The notes: generated from the letters alone by a model not told the origin. Positions 10,271 through 21,168 are shown, counted from the stretch's first letter. The stretch is DNA of 64,000 bases from Vicinamibacteria bacterium (GCA_963668695.2 CAXXLQ010000001.1:1-64000); one strand, 5' to 3'. Translations and numbers: made by a program.

Positions 10271-11900
10271 ATGACGGATAGCGCGGGCCTGGAGCGAGAA
10301 CTCGGCGAGTTCTTCGGCGGGCTGAGTGCGGCAGTGGAGGCCGGGGAGGAGCGCCGCCTTGGACGTGAGGTGGGCATCCAACAGGAACTTGCGGAGTTCT
10401 TCGGCAAGCTGACTGCGGTCCGCGGAAACCGAGGACGAACGCCGCCGCGGGCTCGACGCAGGACTCCAGCGAGAACTCGACGAGTTCTTCGGCAGGTGAC
10501 TCCCGTTGTGCGAGCGGAAGGAACGGATGCAGAGCAACGTGGTGGACTTGAAGCGGGACCTCACGGGGATGTTCGACTTCTCGAACCGACGATTGCGGCA
10601 GCGACGGTGGCCATCAAGGTCATGGAGAACGCGCGCGGGAGGAGCAGGACCGCCGTACCGGTCGCAGGTTCTCCGCGTTCGACTTGGTCCGGACGCAGGA
10701 ACTGGACCTTTCCCGTATTTTCAGCGGGCTTCTCGACCCCCGGGCGCCATTCACAGGGAGATCTGTTTTTGTCGCTGTTGCTCGAAGAACTGAAGTGCGG
10801 CGTCGGGCAGTGCCGCCGAGTGCTGCGAGACTTCCAGCCCAACCTGCCGGGTGCGCCTGGAGTACCCGATTAGCGACCGACAAATTCTCCCCGGTGGAGC
10901 AATCGCTGGAAGCGTTGACATCGTCCTCGAGATGGAAGGCAACCGCTGGATCGGCATCGAAAACAAACCTTCGGCTGTGGACCAGCCGTGGCAAGTCGAC
11001 AGGTACCTGTTTGCGTTGGCGCACGAAGTCGAACAGCGCGGTGGAGGCGAAGAGCAGGTGCTCCTTCTCTATTGGAGCGGCGATGGGAGCGATCCAGATC
11101 TTCGAAACCTTCAGGAACTGACCTCCCCTGGGACGAGGAGAAGAAGAAAAGGCAAGAGCGGCTTAGGTCGCGTTGCCTTACGGTGCCCTATCGAAAGCGT
11201 TTCGGCGTCGCGTCTGTGGAAGGGTGGCTCAAGCGATGTCGGGTGGAGTGGAAGCCGATCGCGTCCGCGGTTTTCTTCGTGCCTTCTGAATACATTCAGG
11301 ACAATTTTGCTAATACAAACTCAATCTAGCTCTTATGAGGGGAGCATTCGATGACTATCGAAAAGACAAGAGAAACCATCATCAAGAAGTTCCTTCTTGA
11401 CAACGACGCCTATCTTGAGCTTGCCTTGGCAGTCGAAGGAGCCGTGGAATCGATCAGGAACGACACGCCGCAAGACTGTCGAACGAGACCAGTGCAGAAA
11501 TTGAGACTCTCGCACAGGCAACCGAGGGGAAATGGGTCACGATACCAAAGACAAGCGTGGCAATCCCTTGTTCTGGCATAGGCTCTACAAGAGTGCGGGA
11601 CCAAAAGAACCAGCGCTAACGCTGGGACGTCTGAGTACTCGGAATTTGCGTCTGGAAACACCTCCGCAAGAGAGCCTCTGGAACTTGAGATCGGCGTCGC
11701 AGGCTGGCCCAAGGAGGGTCATCCAATACGGAACGCAATGTGCAGGCTGTCTTCGACGACTTTGTTGGAAGGAATGACCCGAGCCTCTGGAGTGAAGTGA
11801 GAGTCTTGGACGGAGAGCGCTTCAATCCTACTAAGACTACGAGTCAAGTCAAGTATGTACTCTAGCCGGTATTTCGACGGTGACAGGGCATTCCTGAACG
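10271..11900 (+). pseudogene. PD-(D/E)XK nuclease superfamily gene, multiply frameshifted
   Basis: Pieces in different frames: ELDLSRIFSGLLDP, HSQGDLFLSLLLEEL, VDIVLE...IGIENKP...DQPWQVDRY...LLYWS; lower GC; 3' end approximate. Confidence 0.7.
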
Positions 11901-12000
11901 ACGACTCCGAAGAGTTCGGTAAGAGGGTCTTAGGCTTGGTCCGTCAACTCATGACGTGCCTCGACGAGGTGTAGTTGGCCGGGACGGGGCGTCTTGCGTG

Positions 12001-12051
12001 TTCTGCGCCGCGCTGCGCGCGGCGATGCCGACCGGAGGTCTGGCGGTCCCT
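12001..12051 (-). repeat. REP-like double hairpin
   Basis: Reverse strand GGGACCGCCAGACCTCCGGTCGGCATCGCCGCGCGCAGCGCGGCG, just downstream of the egtD remnant. Confidence 0.6.
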
Positions 12052-12074
12052 GACCGTCGGTCCCCTCCCGCGGA

Positions 12075-12710
12075 TCAGCAGCCGAACAGAAAGACGCTGA
12101 AGCGCTCCCCGGGGTCGCTCCAATGGTGCAGCGGACGCCAGGCGAAAGCGGCGAGGGCGAGAACTTCCTCGACGTCGTACTTGTAGGAGTTCTCGGTGTG
12201 GATCCGGTCGCCCGCGGCAAAGCGCAGGGTCTCGCCCGCTACCCGGACGGTCTGATCCACGGCGCTCACGAGCCACAGCTCGATGCGGCCGTGCCGCTCG
12301 TCGTAGAAGGCGCGGTGGATCCACTTCTCCGGGTTGAAGTCGCCGTCCGCGAGCGCGTTCACGTTGTTCAGAATGTTCCGGTTGAAGGCCGCTTTGAGCC
12401 CCTCGGGATCGTTGTAGGCGCGGTCGAGGACCCCCTTGTCCTTCTTCCGGTCCACCCCGAGCAGGAGGCGGGACCCCGGCCCGGCGGCGCGGCCCACCCG
12501 GGCGAGGAACTCCGCCGCTTCCTCGGGTTCGAAGTTTCCGAGCGACGAGCCGGCGTAGAAGATCGCGATGCGGCCGTGCTCGAAATCGAACGGCGGGAAA
12601 GCGAAGTCGCGCGAGAAGTCCACTGCCACCGGCAGCACCCGGAGGTCCGGAAAGTCGCGGCGGAGCGCGTCCGCCTGCCCGGCGAGCGCGCCCAGCACGA
12701 TGCGCGCTTG
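12075..12710 (-). pseudogene. 5'-truncated duplicate of egtD
   Basis: Near-identical to the 3' two-thirds of 14099..15037; has a 48-bp deletion between CGAGCG repeats; bounded by the MITE. Confidence 0.9.
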
Positions 12711-12712
12711 TA

Positions 12713-12948
12713 ACAGCCTGTGGTGAAACCCAGGCGGCCCAGTTCTCCCGGTGGGGGCTCGAGCGGCGATCCATCCCGGCTGAACCACTCCGCTTCGCTG
12801 CGTTCTGCGTTGCGTTTCGGTCGAAATACACCCGGGCCAGTTCTCCCGGTGGGGGCTCCTCCCTCACGCGCCTTGTCAGCCGGGCGCCTCGCCCCCACCG
12901 GGAGAACTGGCCGCTCTCGGCGCTCACCCGGGTTCCACCACAGGCTGT
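12713..12948. mobile_element. MITE copy 2 (236 bp, opposite orientation to copy 1)
   Basis: TA-ACAGCCTGTGGTGAAACC ... GGTTCCACCACAGGCTGT-TA. Confidence 0.85.
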
Positions 12949-12950
12949 TA

Positions 12951-13184
12951 GGCCCCGCAGGCGTCGGAGGCGCCGGCTGCCGCCGGCGGCGGATACGCCA
13001 AAGACCTCCTGGTACTCCGGACGAAGTGGGGAATACCCGGTCCCGTCCCGACCGGGCACGCCCTCTCGCGAGAGCACGAAGGTCTCGAAGAGCTATGCGG
13101 TGTGGCCGAGGCGCCGCTTCGCCGGATTCGCATCCGGCGTGGACCGCACCACGTAGTCCTCGATGGCGAGCGGCGCCACGAGCC
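12951..13184 (-). pseudogene. Internal fragment duplicate of egtB
   Basis: Matches ~16057..16325 (PEYQEVFGVSAAGG, APLAIEDYVV) with indels. Confidence 0.85.
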
Positions 13185-13191
13185 GCAGGGA

Positions 13192-13701
13192 TTACAGGTG
13201 GAGTTTCTCGAAGGTTTGCAGGGGCAGAAAGAGGCGGCGCGGCGCGGAAGGAAAGGGTTGGAAGCCATAGCGTTCGTAGAACGCGCGGGCCGCGTCGTTC
13301 TTCGCATCCACGACGACGGCGTATGCGGCGATCGTGGCGCCCGCACGGACGACGCGGCGGATCGCGTCGAGCAGCAAGGTTTCGCCGAGCCCGCGTCCCT
13401 GAAAGGTGCGAGAAACCGCCAGGCGGCCGATCACTACCGCGGGTACGGGGTAGTGCGGTAACCGTTTCGCGATGTCGGCCGGCAATTCGTCCTTCTCGAA
13501 GCTCGCCGCGCTGAGGGTGTAGTACCCGGCAACCTCGTCGGGCGTGTCGCCCACGGCGACGAACACCCGCGCCACGCGGCGACGCGTGTCTTGGGACGCC
13601 CTGCGACGGAGGTAGTCGTCAAGGGCTGGCTCGCCGCACGCGAAGGATTCGCGATCGTGGTGGGAGCCGAGGGGCTCGAGAATGAGCCTCGGCTCATTCA
13701 C
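13192..13701 (-). CDS. GNAT acetyltransferase toxin (TacT/AtaT-like)
   Basis: HDRESFACGEPALDDYL, VAGYYTLSA, IGRLAV...QGRGLG, VVDAKN...FYERYGF. Confidence 0.9.
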   Translation of the reverse strand: MNEPRLILEPLGSHHDRESFACGEPALDDYLRRRASQDTRRRVARVFVAVGDTPDEVAGYYTLSAASFEKDELPADIAKRLPHYPVPAVVIGRLAVSRTFQGRGLGETLLLDAIRRVVRAGATIAAYAVVVDAKNDAARAFYERYGFQPFPSAPRRLFLPLQTFEKLHL

Positions 13702-14008
13702 CGCCGCGCTCGCGGTAGCGGCGGGCTGCCGCCATCAACGTCGCGTTCGGCTCCGGCGGGTTGAGCAAGGCATCGTGGAAGGCGTCCCAGTCGGTCGCAG
13801 GGAGGACAATCCTCTCCTTTGACTCGATTACGCGCTCGGCAGCAGCGATCGCGCTGGACAGGACGAAGCGATTCACCGTCATCTCCTCGTAGGCCGCCGC
13901 CCGCTCCAGCGTGCGTTTGCTTCGCCCATCCAGCCTCAGGTGGACGCGGGCGTGCTTCACCCCGCCCGTTTCGGGTACGGGCCTGTCTGCTGGGTTCGCC
14001 AAGGGCAT
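13694..14008 (-). CDS. DUF1778 RHH antitoxin (TacA/AtaR-like)
   Basis: RVHLRL...LERAA...FVLSSA...DWDAFHDALLNPPEPN; overlaps the GNAT start. Confidence 0.9.
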   Translation of the reverse strand: MPLANPADRPVPETGGVKHARVHLRLDGRSKRTLERAAAYEEMTVNRFVLSSAIAAAERVIESKERIVLPATDWDAFHDALLNPPEPNATLMAAARRYRERGGE

Positions 14009-14098
14009 GGCGCCATTATGGCGTACAGATTGAGCAAGAACACGCTCTTCCCGCCATGGTCTCGCGACGGTTTTGCTGGTTCTCCGTCTCCGCTCGCC

Positions 14099-15037
14099 CT
14101 ACCGGCCGAACAGGAACACGGTGAACCGATCCGCGGGGTCGCTCCAGTGGTGTAGCGGACGCCAGGCGGGAGCGGCGAGGGCGAGGACTTCCTCGACCTC
14201 GTACTTGTAGGAGTTCTCGGTGTGGATCCGGTCGCCCGCGGCAAAGCGCAGGGTCTCGCCGGCTACCCGGACGGCCTGATCCACGGCGCTCACGAGCCAC
14301 AGCTCGATGCGGCCGCGCCCTTCGTCGTAGAAGGCGCGGTGGATCCACTTCTCCGGGTTGAAGTCGCCGTCCGCGAGTGCGTTCACGTTGTTCAGGATGT
14401 TCCGGTTGAAGGCCGCGTTGAGCCCCTCGGGATCGTTGTAGGCGCGGTCGAGGACCCCCTTGTCCTTCTTCCGGTCCACCCCGAGCAGGAGGCGGGACCC
14501 CGGCCCGGTGGCGCGGCCCACCCGGGCGAGAAACTCCGCCGCTTCCTCCGGTTCGAAGTTCCCGAGCGACGAGCCCGCGTAGAAGATCGCGATGCGGCCG
14601 TGCTCGAAATCGAATGGCGGGAAAGCGAAGTCGCGCGAGAAGTCCACGGCCACCGGCAGCACCCGGAGGTCCGGAAAGTCGCGGCGGAGCGCGTCCGCCT
14701 GCCCGGCGAGCGTCTCCTCCGAGATATCAAGCGGCACGTACGCGCCCGGCGCGTCGAGCGCGCCCAGCACGATGCGCGCTTTCCGGGCGCTCCCGCTGGC
14801 AAGCTCGGCGAGCACGGCGCGCGACCCGATCCCCGCGGCGATCTCCGCGCGCCGCGCCTCGAGGATCCCGATCTCGGTCGCGGTCAGGTAGTACTCGGGC
14901 AACCGGGTGATCCGGTCGAAGAGGTCCGATCCCACCCGGTCGTAGAAGAACTTGGGCGAAATCGACGGCGGATCGCCCAGCAGCCCTTGCCGGATCTCGG
15001 CAAAGGCAGCCGTCCGGGCGAGGGCCAGGTCCGCCAC
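14099..15037 (-). CDS. egtD: L-histidine N(alpha)-methyltransferase
   Basis: PKFFYD...GSDLFDRITRLPEYY, GSSLGNF, AYNDPEG, IHTENSYKY. Confidence 0.92.
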   Translation of the reverse strand: MADLALARTAAFAEIRQGLLGDPPSISPKFFYDRVGSDLFDRITRLPEYYLTATEIGILEARRAEIAAGIGSRAVLAELASGSARKARIVLGALDAPGAYVPLDISEETLAGQADALRRDFPDLRVLPVAVDFSRDFAFPPFDFEHGRIAIFYAGSSLGNFEPEEAAEFLARVGRATGPGSRLLLGVDRKKDKGVLDRAYNDPEGLNAAFNRNILNNVNALADGDFNPEKWIHRAFYDEGRGRIELWLVSAVDQAVRVAGETLRFAAGDRIHTENSYKYEVEEVLALAAPAWRPLHHWSDPADRFTVFLFGR

Positions 15038-15049
15038 CGGTCGCTCGGG

Positions 15050-16417
15050 CTACCCGTCGCGGGCGATCCGGACCCCCGCCGCGTGCCAGCGGGCGTCCGG
15101 CCGGAGGACATGGCGGTAGGTGGCGCGGAGGTGGGAAGCCGGGGTGAAGCAGGACCCGCCGCGGAGCACCATCCGGCCGGACATGGACTTGCCGCTCGAT
15201 TGGCCGAAGACCCCCGACGGCCGGAACCGCGGATAGGGGAGATAGGCGCTCGCCGTCCACTCCCAGGCGTCCCCGAAGAGCTGGCTGGGGCCCGACCTAC
15301 CACCGGGGCCGGGGCCGGATCCCCCCGGACGGGTTGCTCTCGGCGCGGGTGACGGGCGCAGGCCGCCGTTTTCGAGGAACGTCCCCGCGACCGGCCGGTC
15401 CGCCGCCGCCGACTCCCACTCGAACTCGGTGGGCAGCCGGGCTTCCCGCCAGCGCGCGAAGGCGTCGGCTTCGAAGTAGCTCACGTGAATCACCGGGGCA
15501 TCAAGGGCGAGCGGCAATAGCCCGCCGAGCGAGAACTCGGCGAAACGGTCGTCGCCCTGCCGGACCCAGTAGAGCGGCGCATCCCAGTCGCCCGCCACCT
15601 TGGCGTCCCACCCGTCCGAAAGCCACAGCGAGGCCTCGCGGTAGCCGCCCTCCGCGACGAACTCGAGGTACTCCCCGTTCGTGATCAACCGGGAGGCGAG
15701 CTGGAACGGCTCCAACAGCCGCTCGTGGCGGGGCCTCTCGTTGTCGTAGGCGAACTCCGCTCCCGGGTGGCCGAAGGGCAGGGTGCCTCCGGCGAACGAA
15801 ACGAAACGGAGCGGCGACGCTTCTCCCCCGCGCGTCTCGTCCGCCGCCTGGCGGTACGCCGGGTAGAGCGGGTTCAGCGAGAACAGGTGCTTCAGGTCGA
15901 TCAGCAGCCGTTCCTGGTGCTGCTGTTCGTGGTGCAGTCCGAGCAGCACGATCTCCCGGATCTCGTCGGGAAGCTCACCTTCGAGGAGTTCGGCCACCCC
16001 GTCGTCCACCTGGTGCCGGTAGTCGAAGACCTCGGCCACCGTCGGCCGTGACAGGAGGCCCCGCACGCGTCGGAGGTGCCGGCCGCCGCCTGCGGCAGAT
16101 ACGCCGAAGACCTCCTGGTACTCCGGATGCGGTGGGGAATACCCAGTCCCGTCCCGACCGAGCACGCCCTCCCGCGCGGGCACGCCCTCCCGCGCGAGCA
16201 CGCCCTCCCGCGCGAGCACAAAGGTCTCGAAGAACCACGAGGTGTGGCCGAGGTGCCACTTCGCCGGGCTCGCCCCCGGCATGGACCCCACCACGTAGTC
16301 CTCGATGGCGAGCGGCGCCGCGAGCTCCGTGGTCTGCCGCCGGATCCGGCGAAACGCCTCAAGCAACTCGGAACGAGTCTCGGAAAGCGTCCCGGAAGGA
16401 GTCCCGGCAGGAGTCAT
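15050..16417 (-). CDS. egtB: Ergothioneine sulfoxide synthase-like protein (DinB_2 + FGE-sulfatase), divergent active site
   Basis: SPAKWHLGHTSWFFE, RGLLSRPT, LHHEQQHQE, WEWTAS, VLRGGS; adjacent to egtD; start chosen to avoid overlap with the upstream gene. Confidence 0.85.
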   Translation of the reverse strand: MTPAGTPSGTLSETRSELLEAFRRIRRQTTELAAPLAIEDYVVGSMPGASPAKWHLGHTSWFFETFVLAREGVLAREGVPAREGVLGRDGTGYSPPHPEYQEVFGVSAAGGGRHLRRVRGLLSRPTVAEVFDYRHQVDDGVAELLEGELPDEIREIVLLGLHHEQQHQERLLIDLKHLFSLNPLYPAYRQAADETRGGEASPLRFVSFAGGTLPFGHPGAEFAYDNERPRHERLLEPFQLASRLITNGEYLEFVAEGGYREASLWLSDGWDAKVAGDWDAPLYWVRQGDDRFAEFSLGGLLPLALDAPVIHVSYFEADAFARWREARLPTEFEWESAAADRPVAGTFLENGGLRPSPAPRATRPGGSGPGPGGRSGPSQLFGDAWEWTASAYLPYPRFRPSGVFGQSSGKSMSGRMVLRGGSCFTPASHLRATYRHVLRPDARWHAAGVRIARDG

Positions 16418-16436
16418 GCCGCCCGCGGTTCCCCCG

Positions 16437-17666
16437 TCAGCCGGACGCCGCGCTCGCGGCCGCCGGGGCCACCCGGACTCCTTCGGCCACGCTGTCACCG
16501 GGATACACGATGACCTGATCGCCGACCTCCAGCCCGCTGAGGACCTGTGCTTCCCGCTGGTTGCGCTCCCCGATCTCGACCGCCCGCTCGCTGGCCATTT
16601 CGTCTTGCACGACGAAGACGGCCCAGTTCGCTCCCCGGCGGAAAAGCGCCCCGACGGGCACCTTCACCTGATCCTCCTGCTCCCAGACCACGACCCGGGT
16701 TTCGACCCGGTAGGCGTCGCCCAGGCTGGACCGCGCCGCGTAGGGCTCCTCGAGTTCCATGACCACGTTGACGCGCTGCTCCTCGACGCCGAGGGCCGAG
16801 ATCTTGGTGAAACCCGAGGGTTCGACCCGCAGGACCCGGCCGCGGAGCGGGCGGTCGCCGCCCCAGCGGTCGATAAGCGCGGACTGTCCGGCGCGCATCC
16901 GCACCGCATCGTTCGAGAGGTAGTCGGTCACGACTTCGAGTTCCCGCGGGTCCCCGACCTCGAGGAGCGGCTCGCCGGCAGGAACCACCGCCTCGCTCTC
17001 GCGAACCCGCCGCAGCACGACGCCGTCCACCGGCGAGAAGATCTGGATCGCTTCCGGATTCCCCGTCCCGGCGTCACCGGGGCGGAAACGGAAGCGCTGC
17101 ACCCGGGCCCGGGCGACCGCCAGCTTGCCGCGCGCATCGCGGACCGCGAATTCGGCCGCCTCCAGCGCTTCCTGGCGGGTGTCGAGCTCGAGCTGCGCGA
17201 TCTCGAGCTGCTCTTCGGAGGTGACACCCTCTTCCTGGAGGCGGCGCAGGCGGTTCAGCGTGGATTCGGCGAACGCGCGCTCCTGCGCGGCCTGCTCATG
17301 GAGCGCCTCGGCCTGACCCACCATGGCTTCCGCGGCTTCGACTGCGGCCTGGGCTTCCGCTCGCTGGCGGGGGTCGAGAGGCACCGGGGACGCGGGCAGG
17401 AACGAGGCGAGCACGCTCTCTCCGGCCAGCACCCGATCACCCGGTTCGAGCTCGATGCGGAGCACGCGCCCGGCCACCGGCGCCGAAATCTCGAACCGGT
17501 CCCGGACCCGGGTTTCGCCCTCTTCGTCGAGCGTCACCGAGAGCGTCCCGCGCACCACCGAGGCCATGTCCACCGGCACCGGGCGGGGCCGTGAGGCGAG
17601 CGCGATCAGCGCCACGACCACCACCAAGGCTCCGCCCCAGAGGATGAGCCGCCGTCTCTTCTTCAT
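16437..17666 (-). CDS. HlyD-family membrane fusion protein of an ABC exporter
   Basis: N-terminal TM, ISAPVAGRV, RVEPSGFTKISALGVEEQRV. Confidence 0.9.
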   Translation of the reverse strand: MKKRRRLILWGGALVVVVALIALASRPRPVPVDMASVVRGTLSVTLDEEGETRVRDRFEISAPVAGRVLRIELEPGDRVLAGESVLASFLPASPVPLDPRQRAEAQAAVEAAEAMVGQAEALHEQAAQERAFAESTLNRLRRLQEEGVTSEEQLEIAQLELDTRQEALEAAEFAVRDARGKLAVARARVQRFRFRPGDAGTGNPEAIQIFSPVDGVVLRRVRESEAVVPAGEPLLEVGDPRELEVVTDYLSNDAVRMRAGQSALIDRWGGDRPLRGRVLRVEPSGFTKISALGVEEQRVNVVMELEEPYAARSSLGDAYRVETRVVVWEQEDQVKVPVGALFRRGANWAVFVVQDEMASERAVEIGERNQREAQVLSGLEVGDQVIVYPGDSVAEGVRVAPAAASAASG

Positions 17667-17670
17667 GCCT

Positions 17671-20037
17671 TTACTCCCGGGTCTTCAGGACCTCGACCAG
17701 ATCGAGGCGGTTCAATTTATGGCGAACCACGAGCGCGGACAGCCCCATCGCGGCGACCACCGCGCCGGACGCCAGCGCGAAGGTGCTCGCCTCGGCGACC
17801 ATCGGAAGCCGGAACAGTTCCGTTTCGAAGGCGGCCAGCATCCCGGCGAGCATCGAGTAGCCGAGTCCCAGTCCGACCGGGATCGCCACCGCCGTCAGGA
17901 TCCCGAGTTCCCCGAACAGCACGACGCCGATTTCCGAGCGCGTGAAGCCCATCACCCGCATGCTGGCGAGTTCGCGGCTGCTCTCCGATAGCGAGATGCG
18001 GGCGGTGTTGTAGATCACGCCGAACGCGATGATAAGCGCGAACAGGAGGTTGATCGCCATCGTGGAGTTCATGTTTTCGGCCACGAAGGTGTCGAAGTTC
18101 TCGAGCATCGCGTGCCGGAGCGCCACTCCGGCAACCACCGGCATCCCCTTGAGCGCCTTATAGACCTCCTCGCGTTCTGCCGGATCGATGCCGAGGGCGG
18201 CCCCGCTCATGTTGGCGGTGTCGCCGAGGAAGCGCTGGAGCGCGTCGGGCTCCAGATAGGCGGACATGCCCATCAGGTCGTCCACGAGTCCCCCGACCGC
18301 CATGTCGGCCACCGGCCGGGTCCCCTGGAGCGCTTCCACCCGGATCGTCTCCCCGGGTGTCACGTCGAGAACCTCGGCGAGCTTTCGCGACAGAATGAGT
18401 CCGGCCCGGTCGAACTGCACCGGCCGGTAGTCGGATCCCACCACCCGCTGGAGGCGGGCGTCAGCCTGAAACGCCTGAATCGCGACCTGCCGCTGCCGGC
18501 TTCCGTTCCGGAGGCGCACGGCAGCTCCGTTCTTGGCTTCCACCTCGAGGACGCCGGGGACCGAGGCGAGCTCGTAGTAGGCGGCGCGCCCCTCCGGTTC
18601 GACGAAGGTCACGGTGACGTCCTGACGCTGGACCACGTTGAACTGGATCTCCATGAACTCCGCGAACGAGTCCATGGAGGCGCTCGCCATCACCGTGATG
18701 GCGGCGGAAAAGGCGATCCCCACGATCGACATCGCGGCCCGGAGCGGCCGGCGCGACAGGTTCCGAAGGACCATGCGGAGCGGCTGGGAGAGGAAGCGTC
18801 GGAGCCCCAGCCGCTCGAGCAGGGATACCCGGAACTTCTCGGGTGCGGCGGGGCGCATCGCCTCCGCGGGCGGCAGGCGCACCACGCTCCTCACCGCGGC
18901 GGCCGCTCCCAGGACGGCGGCCGCCCCGCAGGCGAACAGAGTCGCGAGGAGGCTTGACCAGTTCCAGTGGGCCACCAGCGCGGGGAACGTGTAGTACTCC
19001 AGATAGAGCGACAGCATCCCGCCGCTCATGAGCGCCCCCAGCCCGATTCCGAGTGCGCCCCCAATGACCGAGACCAGCAGCGCCCACTGGATGTAGTGCA
19101 GCCCGAGGCGCAGGTTGGAGTAGCCGATCGCCTTGAGTACCGCGATCTGTTCCCGCTGGACCGCGATCAACCGCCTCAGAACCACGTTCAACAGGAACGC
19201 GGCGATTCCCAGGAAGATCGTGGGCAACACCACCGCCATGCCGCGGAGCCCCGTGATCTCGTTCTGCAGGTACCAGTTGGAGACCTGCAGCGCCCGGGGG
19301 ATCGCTCCCAGGCCGCCGTAGGGCTCGATGAGGCGGTCCAGTTCGGCGATCGCCGGCGCGGCGGATGCGCCCTCGGCGAGGGACAGCGAAATGTCGTTGA
19401 AACCACCCTCCATGTCGAAGGCGGTGGCGAGATGCCGGCGCGTCAGCCAGAACAGCCCGAAGCGCTTCGGGTCCGGAAACAGGTCGCCGCCCGAGATGGC
19501 ATAGACGTACTCCGGCGAGAGAACGGTTCCCACGATCTCCAGCGGTTGGCGGCGGCCGTTGATCACGGCGGCCACCTCGTCGCCGAGTGCGAGGCCGTGC
19601 GCCTTTGCGAACCGCTCGTTCACGAGCGCTTCCTCGCCGCGTCCCGGGTCGGGCCAGCGGCCGCTCCGCAGGACCACATTGTTCAGAACCGGGCGGCCGG
19701 TGTCCGGCACCGAGATCAGGCGGCCGTTCACCGGCTCGGTCATCCCGGGCACATCGAGCGTGACGCCGACCACCACGCGGGTGGACACCTTTTCCACGCC
19801 GGGCAGCTCTTCGAAGCTCTCGGCGAGCCACCGGGGCGCCCGTTTGGTGCCGGCGAAGACGTCGGCAAACTCGGTCTGGGCGTAGTAGCGGTCGCGGGTG
19901 GATTCCAGCGAATCGAAGCAGATCAGCGACGCCACCAGGAGTGCGATGCCCGCCGCCACCACGACCGAGATGGCGAGCGCCATCGAGCGGACCCGCCACA
20001 GGTCGCGCAGCAGCTTCCGGTCGAGTGCGCGGATCAT
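17671..20037 (-). CDS. FtsX/MacB-type ABC permease
   Basis: LDRKLLRDL start; [12 protein letters not shown] and [10 protein letters not shown] FtsX motifs. Confidence 0.9.
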   Translation of the reverse strand: MIRALDRKLLRDLWRVRSMALAISVVVAAGIALLVASLICFDSLESTRDRYYAQTEFADVFAGTKRAPRWLAESFEELPGVEKVSTRVVVGVTLDVPGMTEPVNGRLISVPDTGRPVLNNVVLRSGRWPDPGRGEEALVNERFAKAHGLALGDEVAAVINGRRQPLEIVGTVLSPEYVYAISGGDLFPDPKRFGLFWLTRRHLATAFDMEGGFNDISLSLAEGASAAPAIAELDRLIEPYGGLGAIPRALQVSNWYLQNEITGLRGMAVVLPTIFLGIAAFLLNVVLRRLIAVQREQIAVLKAIGYSNLRLGLHYIQWALLVSVIGGALGIGLGALMSGGMLSLYLEYYTFPALVAHWNWSSLLATLFACGAAAVLGAAAAVRSVVRLPPAEAMRPAAPEKFRVSLLERLGLRRFLSQPLRMVLRNLSRRPLRAAMSIVGIAFSAAITVMASASMDSFAEFMEIQFNVVQRQDVTVTFVEPEGRAAYYELASVPGVLEVEAKNGAAVRLRNGSRQRQVAIQAFQADARLQRVVGSDYRPVQFDRAGLILSRKLAEVLDVTPGETIRVEALQGTRPVADMAVGGLVDDLMGMSAYLEPDALQRFLGDTANMSGAALGIDPAEREEVYKALKGMPVVAGVALRHAMLENFDTFVAENMNSTMAINLLFALIIAFGVIYNTARISLSESSRELASMRVMGFTRSEIGVVLFGELGILTAVAIPVGLGLGYSMLAGMLAAFETELFRLPMVAEASTFALASGAVVAAMGLSALVVRHKLNRLDLVEVLKTRE

Positions 20038-20047
20038 GCTCGGTCCC

Positions 20048-20827
20048 TCACCACTGGACGGTCGAGGCGGCGGCCCGCGTCCCGTTGACCCGCTGCTGGG
20101 AAATCCGGCCGTCGGCCAGCGAGATGACCCGGTCGGCGATCGTCGCGATCGCCGCGTTGTGGGTGATGATCGCGGTGGTGGCGCCGTATTCGCGGTTCAC
20201 CAGCTCGAGCGCTTCGAGCACCTGGATCCCGGTGGTGATGTCGAGCGCCCCCGTCGGTTCGTCGCAGAGCAGGATGTCGGGCCGCTTTGCGATGGCCCGC
20301 GCGATGGCCACCCGCTGCTGCTCGCCCCCCGACATCTGCGAGGGGAAGTGGTCGCTCCGGTCCGATAGCCCGACGATGTCGAGCGCTTCCGCCGCGGGGA
20401 GCGGGTCGTCGGAGATCTCGGTCACGAGTTCCACGTTCTCGCGCGCGGTGAGCGAGGGGATCAGGTTGTAGAACTGGAACACGAACCCCACCCGGCGCCG
20501 CCGGTACTGGGTCAGCTCCCCTTCGTCCGCCCGGGTGAGATCCTGGCCCCGGTAGAGCACCTGCCCGGAGGTGGGGACGTCGAGTCCCCCGAGGATGTTC
20601 AGGAGCGTGGACTTGCCGCTTCCTGAAGGTCCGAGCAGGACGGTGAACCCGCCGACCTCCAGGTCGACGCTCACGCCGCGGAGCGCGTGCACCTGGACCT
20701 CGCCCATCTGGTACACCTTGGTGACGTCCCGCATGGAAACGGCCAGGGAGGCGTTCGGGGAGCCGTTCGGAGAGCCGCTTGGGGAGCCGCTCGGGGCGGC
20801 GGCGGTTCCGTTGCTGCTTCCGTTCAA
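20048..20827 (-). CDS. ABC transporter ATP-binding protein (LolD/MacB-like); start uncertain
   Basis: [33 protein letters not shown]. Confidence 0.92.
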   Translation of the reverse strand: MNGSSNGTAAAPSGSPSGSPNGSPNASLAVSMRDVTKVYQMGEVQVHALRGVSVDLEVGGFTVLLGPSGSGKSTLLNILGGLDVPTSGQVLYRGQDLTRADEGELTQYRRRRVGFVFQFYNLIPSLTARENVELVTEISDDPLPAAEALDIVGLSDRSDHFPSQMSGGEQQRVAIARAIAKRPDILLCDEPTGALDITTGIQVLEALELVNREYGATTAIITHNAAIATIADRVISLADGRISQQRVNGTRAAASTVQW

Positions 20828-20884
20828 TTCGGCGCTCTGTTCGTTCGGCTACCTATACGGTGCGCAGCGTACCCCGTTCCGCCA

Positions 20885-21031
20885 GGGAGCGCCGGTCTTC
20901 AGGCCCCCACCGGGAGAACTGGCCGGCATCGCCCGCGCAGCGGGCGAAACTCCCATCGCTAACCGAGAAGAAGCGCGGGGACGGCAAGGAGCGCCGGTCT
21001 TCAGACCGGCATCGCGCGGGAGCGCGAAACC
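20885..21031 (+). repeat. Two REP-like elements; the first carries the 20-bp motif (20903..20922)
   Basis: GGAGCGCCGGTCTTCAG[20-mer]CCGGCATCG and intact GGAGCGCCGGTCTTCAGACCGGCATCG. Confidence 0.8.
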
Positions 21032-21168
21032 GGCCCCGATGATGCTGCGCCCTGTCGACGTGACTGCCGCACCCTCTCCCAGCACTGGATGGCACGACGA
21101 CTTGCCGCTTCCTCGTACGGCGCTGGCGTGGGAGCACCCACGCCGCGGCGCCTCCGGGACAGGATCAG

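Noticed and set aside
10294-10500. Three ~30-bp repeats at 87-88 bp spacing resembling a mini CRISPR array
   Set aside because: Repeats vary at codon positions and encode ELxEFFG helices within a reading frame; spacers are too long and no cas genes are present
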